Shown in pieces: positions 59,540-64,000 of a DNA stretch of 64,000 nucleotides. The notes under the pieces were generated by a model. The model saw only the letters and a list, made by a program, of their open reading frames with translations, searched no databases and was not told the origin of the DNA. Numbering within the stretch: the first letter of the stretch is position 1; the number at the start of each line of letters is the position of its first letter. A program made the position numbers and the translations under genes. The stretch comes from Nitrospinales bacterium (GTDB lineage: Bacteria > Nitrospinota > Nitrospinia > Nitrospinales > VA-1), in the NCBI GenBank assembly GCA_965223345.1, contig CBDCWG010000012.1, positions 1,600,001 through 1,664,000 of the forward strand, in the 5' to 3' direction.

Positions 59540-60187
59540 TCATACCCGTGTCAGCACGTTGGCCGCATCGGGGGCGGGGGAGGCGGGCTGTTGCTTCTCA
59601 GCGGCGGCGGTGACGTGGGTTTGCGGTCGGCGGTCTGGCGAGGCAAACAGTTTGCGCCAGATCCATTCGGCGGCCAGTCCCAGCGTGATGGCGCCGAACA
59701 GCACGACCGTGGCGCAAACATTGAGCGCCACAAGCAGCAGGCGGGTGCGTTCGAGCAGCCATTTTTTTACGACGCTTTTTTGGTTCAACGGGACGTGTGC
59801 GCCGCGCGGGTTGTAGCCGCGCACCGCTTTGGCGCCGGAGGCGACGGCCAGCGCGTCGATGTTGGAATAGCCGAGACCGTGATCGACGTTGTACAGGGCC
59901 ACGGCGAGATCGAATTTGCGGCGCTTCAGTTCTTTCAGGTTGTCGCGGCCGTAGTGCCGCACGCTCATGCGGCGGCCGCTGCGGATGGTCAGCACCTCAT
60001 CGACCAGCGGGTCCTGACGCGCGGCTTCCTCCACGCCCTGCGGCGCCAGCAGCGTGACCTTGGAGTCGGGGAACTCCTGCTTCAAGGACGCCAGCGTCGG
60101 GTTGAGGATGCGGGTGGCCGAACGGATGATGAGAATATGCGTCCTCTGCGATTCCATAGGGGGGGCCGGTTGCGCGTTCGTCGTCAC
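59540..60187 (-). CDS. Stand-alone GT9 N-terminal-like Rossmann domain with C-terminal TM helix
   Basis: HILIIRSA...LKQEFPDSKVTLL...PLVDEVL...LKRRKFDLAV resembles the heptosyltransferase N-domain. Confidence 0.72.
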   Translation of the reverse strand: MTTNAQPAPPMESQRTHILIIRSATRILNPTLASLKQEFPDSKVTLLAPQGVEEAARQDPLVDEVLTIRSGRRMSVRHYGRDNLKELKRRKFDLAVALYNVDHGLGYSNIDALAVASGAKAVRGYNPRGAHVPLNQKSVVKKWLLERTRLLLVALNVCATVVLFGAITLGLAAEWIWRKLFASPDRRPQTHVTAAAEKQQPASPAPDAANVLTRV

Positions 60188-61971
60188 GGCAGGTGGCTCC
60201 TTCCGTGGTCGCCGGGGTTGTCCAGGTCGAACACCTTGCCCTCGATGTTGACGGCGACCAGCTTTTTGATGCCGATGCGGTTAGCGATGGCCTTCACATC
60301 GGCGTAGCCGTTGCCGGATATGTTGTTGTAGGGGATCACGCCCATCGAGAACGAGCGTTTTCGTAAGTGATTCATCAACTCGGACGGGAAGGTGCGGTTG
60401 TTGAAATGGCCGTTTTCGTACAGCAGGATCTCGCCGATGTCGGGGATCTGGCGCAGTTCGTGCTCGACCACCGGCTGCGCCAGGGTGGCGATCTTGTTGT
60501 GCGCAAACTGGTGGCGGATCGAGCCGACCACATCCTGCATCTGCTTCATGCGGGTGCTGCGGAACACCAGGATGTCGTCTTCGGAGTCGAGGGAGATGGC
60601 CTTGAAGTTGTCCCTGGCGGTCTTGGAATAGCGCTTGTTGAACGCCACCTCATACAGCTTTTCCGCCTCACGGAAATTTTTCATCACCTGCTCGGCCGGG
60701 TATTCGGGCCGGTCCACCACGCAGTGGTTGCCGCCGTCGAAGTGCTTCCAGTCCAGGTCGCGCAAGTAGCCCTGGGCCTTCATGTGGTTGAAGAAGGGTG
60801 TTCCCGGTTGCGGCGTGCTGATGGAAAGCTGGAACCGCCACAGAAGATCGCGGTCGATGAGCTCGCGGATGAGATCGAGGGTCTTTTTGTCGCAGTCGTC
60901 GGTGGAGCCTTCGCCGCCGAAGGTGAAGGTGCCGTAAAACTTCAGCCCGATGCTCGTGCCGTACTGCATGAGCTGCTTGAGGCGCGGGACGTTGAATTTT
61001 TTCATCAGCTCCATGCCGCGCGCCGCGTGCTCGCCGGCGGTCTCGATGCCCAGGCGCACCATGTAGTAGCCGGCGCTTTTCATGGCCTCCAGCACTTCCT
61101 CGTCCATCGGCCACTGGCCGCACATGACGTCGTACTTGAGGTCGTCGAGGCCGTTTTCGCGAAACGCCTTGGTCAATTCGAGGATGTATTTCTTGCTGCC
61201 GTTGTGCACTTCCTCGTCGAAGAAGATGCCCTCGAGCTGCGGGTATCTGGCGCGCAGGGTGTGCAGTTCGGCGACCACGTTCATCGGGTCGCGCGGCCGC
61301 CAGTTGGGGCGGGCGTAGGAGATGTTGCCGCACACGCAGAAGGTGCAGGACAACGGGCATCCGCGCGAGGCGTAGGCCTGGATCTCGAGGTACTCGCTGG
61401 AAGGCTCGCCGGGCATGCCGTAGTCGAGGCGCGACACGTCGTCGTCTTCGGGGAAGGGCAGGTCGTTGACATCGAGCGGCGGCCGCAAATCTGTGTTGGG
61501 GTACAGCCCCTGGATGTCGCTCGGATCTTTCCCTTGCAGGATGTCGCGCACCACCAGTTCGTATTCGCGCAGGACGACGTGGTCGGCGTACTGGCTCACC
61601 TCCTCGGGAAACGTGGTGGGATGCGGGCCGCAGAAGATCAGCCGGGTGCCGAACCGGCGCTTGACCTCCATGGCGAAGCGCTTGTCCGCCTCGATGGTGC
61701 GCGTGGCGCAGTCCATGATGAGGTAGTCCGGGCCGAATTCGGAGACTCTGTCCACGAACGCCTGGTGGTCGAGCTTATCGAGGCAGCCGTCAAAAAAGCG
61801 CACTTCGTGGTCGGTGTCGCGCTTGAGCAGGGACGAGCAGTAGGCGAGCTGCCAGGGGTAGTAGGTGAAGATGTTGAGGTCCTTCGTGCTGTTGGTCCAC
61901 CGGCTGGGCGAGTGGATCATGGCGTAACCGTCGGCGTCGATGCCGACCGAATTGCATACGGCGACTTTCAT
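60184..61971 (-). CDS. B12-binding-type radical SAM protein with C-terminal half-GT9-like domain (paralog A)
   Basis: ASRGCPLSCTFC, FFDEE, TPQPGT; C-terminal ILVFRSTR...GYADV. Confidence 0.88.
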   Translation of the reverse strand: MKVAVCNSVGIDADGYAMIHSPSRWTNSTKDLNIFTYYPWQLAYCSSLLKRDTDHEVRFFDGCLDKLDHQAFVDRVSEFGPDYLIMDCATRTIEADKRFAMEVKRRFGTRLIFCGPHPTTFPEEVSQYADHVVLREYELVVRDILQGKDPSDIQGLYPNTDLRPPLDVNDLPFPEDDDVSRLDYGMPGEPSSEYLEIQAYASRGCPLSCTFCVCGNISYARPNWRPRDPMNVVAELHTLRARYPQLEGIFFDEEVHNGSKKYILELTKAFRENGLDDLKYDVMCGQWPMDEEVLEAMKSAGYYMVRLGIETAGEHAARGMELMKKFNVPRLKQLMQYGTSIGLKFYGTFTFGGEGSTDDCDKKTLDLIRELIDRDLLWRFQLSISTPQPGTPFFNHMKAQGYLRDLDWKHFDGGNHCVVDRPEYPAEQVMKNFREAEKLYEVAFNKRYSKTARDNFKAISLDSEDDILVFRSTRMKQMQDVVGSIRHQFAHNKIATLAQPVVEHELRQIPDIGEILLYENGHFNNRTFPSELMNHLRKRSFSMGVIPYNNISGNGYADVKAIANRIGIKKLVAVNIEGKVFDLDNPGDHGRSHLP

Positions 61972-62272
61972 CAAAAGCCTCTATCGATGCGGGGCGCGCC
62001 GCCCCGGAATGAGAGTTGGGGTAAACCGGTCTGTGCCGGATTTTGAGCGCACAAAAAACATAAAAAAACACATGTTCTCTAGCGGATTTTCTCAATTAAA
62101 ACTTTAATTGTGATGACCGGCCGGTTTTGGGGCCCAAAACCGGTGCGAACCCGCAGCTTATGCTCCGGGTTTCACCTTGACATCGATTCGGCGACTTGCC
62201 AAGATAGCCGATTGCGGCGCGAGCCCGGCCCGGCGGGCCGAGGCCGCCTGGAAATTCATGAAGAGGGGTTTG

Positions 62273-63211
62273 ATGACGGAAACGGAAAAGAAAAAATCGG
62301 GATTTTTTTCCCGCCTCAAAGCGGGGCTCAGCAAAACCCGCAACACGCTGGCCGGGGGCATCGACAACCTGGTGCACGGCAAGGCGGAGGTGGGGCCGCA
62401 ACTGCTGGACGATCTGGAGGATCTGCTCATCTCGGCGGACGTCGGCGTCGAAACCTCCCAGCACATCCTCGATACCCTGCGAAAAGGGGTGGCTTCCGAG
62501 CACATCCGCGAACCCAAAGAAATGGTGGATCATCTGAAGCGGGTGATGGTCCGCATCCTCGAAGAGGCCGGAGAATCCACCGGGGCCATAACGGAAAAAC
62601 CCAAGGTCATGCTGGTCATCGGCGTCAACGGATCGGGCAAGACCACCACCATCGGCAAGCTGGCGAAAAAATGGACGCAGGAAGGATCGAACGTGATCCT
62701 GGCGGCGGCGGACACCTTCCGTGCGGCGGCCATCGAGCAGATGCTCGTCTGGGCGGAGCGGGCGGGCGTCACCTGCATCCATCAGAAAGCCGGGGCCGAC
62801 CCGTCCGCGGTGGCGTTCGATGCGGTGCAGGCGGGCGTGGCGCGCAAGGCGGACGTGGTGCTCATCGACACGGCGGGCCGTCTGCAGACCAACACGAATC
62901 TGATGGAAGAGCTGAAAAAGATCAAGCGCGTGACCGGCAAGGTGCTGCCCGGCGCGCCGCACGAAACCCTGCTCATACTGGATGCGAGCATCGGGCAGAA
63001 CAGCGTGTCGCAGGCGCGCCTGTTCCACGAAGCGCTAAAGATCGACGGGCTGGCGATGACGAAACTGGACGGGACGAGCAAAGGCGGCGTGCTGTTCAAC
63101 ATCTCCCGGGAGCTGAAGCTGCCGGTGCGTTACATCGGTGTGGGCGAAAAGGCGGAGGATCTGCAGGAATTCAATGCGGAGGAATTCGTCGAGGCGCTGT
63201 TTGCCAAATGA
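62273..63211 (+). CDS. ftsY: Signal recognition particle receptor FtsY
   Basis: GVNGSGKTTTIGKLA, DTFRAAA, DTAGRLQT, TKLDGTSKGG. Confidence 0.97.
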   Translation: MTETEKKKSGFFSRLKAGLSKTRNTLAGGIDNLVHGKAEVGPQLLDDLEDLLISADVGVETSQHILDTLRKGVASEHIREPKEMVDHLKRVMVRILEEAGESTGAITEKPKVMLVIGVNGSGKTTTIGKLAKKWTQEGSNVILAAADTFRAAAIEQMLVWAERAGVTCIHQKAGADPSAVAFDAVQAGVARKADVVLIDTAGRLQTNTNLMEELKKIKRVTGKVLPGAPHETLLILDASIGQNSVSQARLFHEALKIDGLAMTKLDGTSKGGVLFNISRELKLPVRYIGVGEKAEDLQEFNAEEFVEALFAK

Positions 63212-63238
63212 TGCGACCCCTCTTGAGAGGAGGGGGCC

Positions 63239-63748
63239 TCACTCCTCGATTTGCTCTTCTTCTTCCCCGCGTTTGAGCTGGTCGAACTGGGTTTTGATGA
63301 TGTAGCGGTGGATGAACTCGCGGTTTTTCTCGTCCATGCGCTCGGAAAACTTGAGGTGCAGGATCGTCGATTCCGGCAGGGAGCGGGCGCCCTGGCTGAT
63401 GAGATGCGACTCCATCTTGAGGATCACCGGCTCGGGCAGGGGCAGGATGAACAGCGCGGTCAGCGTTTCCCCCGGATCGAACTCGACCGGCTCCAGAATC
63501 CGGCCGCACAGGCCGCTGGCGCTGAGGTCGATGATGACCATGTTGACGACGGTGCCGTCTTTGAGCCACAGGGCGGCTTCGATGGGGTCGGCGCCTTCCA
63601 CCTTCAACCGGAAAAAATCCCTCCTGTCCTGAAACCGGCTGCTGTCTTCCAGGCGGCTGCGGTTCCAGTGAAAGATTTTCTTGATCCAACGATCGACGGT
63701 TTTACCGCCATTCTCGACCGGGATTTTCGCCTGCAATCTGCTGATCAT
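63239..63748 (-). CDS. PilZ-domain protein
   Basis: DRRDFFR (RxxxR) and DLSASG (DxSxxG) c-di-GMP-binding motifs. Confidence 0.85.
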   Translation of the reverse strand: MISRLQAKIPVENGGKTVDRWIKKIFHWNRSRLEDSSRFQDRRDFFRLKVEGADPIEAALWLKDGTVVNMVIIDLSASGLCGRILEPVEFDPGETLTALFILPLPEPVILKMESHLISQGARSLPESTILHLKFSERMDEKNREFIHRYIIKTQFDQLKRGEEEEQIEE

Positions 63749-63856
63749 GGTGTCCCCTTACAGTCCGGGCTCTGGATAAGAGCCTGAATATCAGATCGAT
63801 CGCCGATCCTGGGTTGAAGCGCTGGTATTTTGACGGTTGTTTCTGAAAATCAAAGG

Positions 63857-63872
63857 AGCAATTTGTGTGCCA
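63857..63872 (-). promoter_or_regulatory. Sigma-54 promoter upstream of the PilZ gene
   Basis: Minus strand TGGCAC-ACAAA-TTGCT, a consensus match. Confidence 0.75.
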
Positions 63873-64000
63873 GCCAAACCCGCAAAACCGGTCCGCCTGG
63901 CCCTTTGAAAAAGGCCGGTTTCGGCGAGGGGGGCTGGCAGGGCGGCTTGGAGGGTTGGAAATTTTTGCCCACACGGCAAGAAATTCCCCCACAACCGGCA

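Overview
A 64 kb stretch of a GC-rich bacterial chromosome. Gene content (many TPR and FG-GAP proteins, multiheme cytochromes, a nirC-like remnant, an HTH-MBL remnant) suggests a Nitrospina-like or Deltaproteobacteria-like organism; this is inference only. Housekeeping anchors are glnS, glgP, ppa, lemA and ftsY. I saw no rRNA, tRNA, CRISPR array, transposase or integrase. The main candidates for uncharacterised systems are: (1) a divergent redox locus at 14.8-26.5 kb (FAD/NAD/2Fe-2S reductase, decaheme cytochrome with a duplicated Cys motif, His-rich membrane protein, cNMP plus 4x[4Fe-4S] protein and tetraheme cytochrome on one side; pentaheme lipoprotein and outer-membrane barrel on the other), which could form a cytoplasm-to-surface electron conduit; (2) a three-gene operon with two B12-type radical SAM paralogs and a membrane anchor, all sharing a half glycosyltransferase-like domain; (3) three dispersed, near-identical XRE-HTH regulators; (4) a secreted metzincin missed by the ORF track, whose N-terminal Cys domain also occurs as a stand-alone neighbouring gene. 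Smaller items are an 82-bp tandem repeat making coupled Cys-containing leader ORFs, two collapsed gene remnants flanking an AT-rich peptidase gene, several sigma-54 promoters and small low-GC islets. All calls come from manual translation and motif recognition; no database searches were run.
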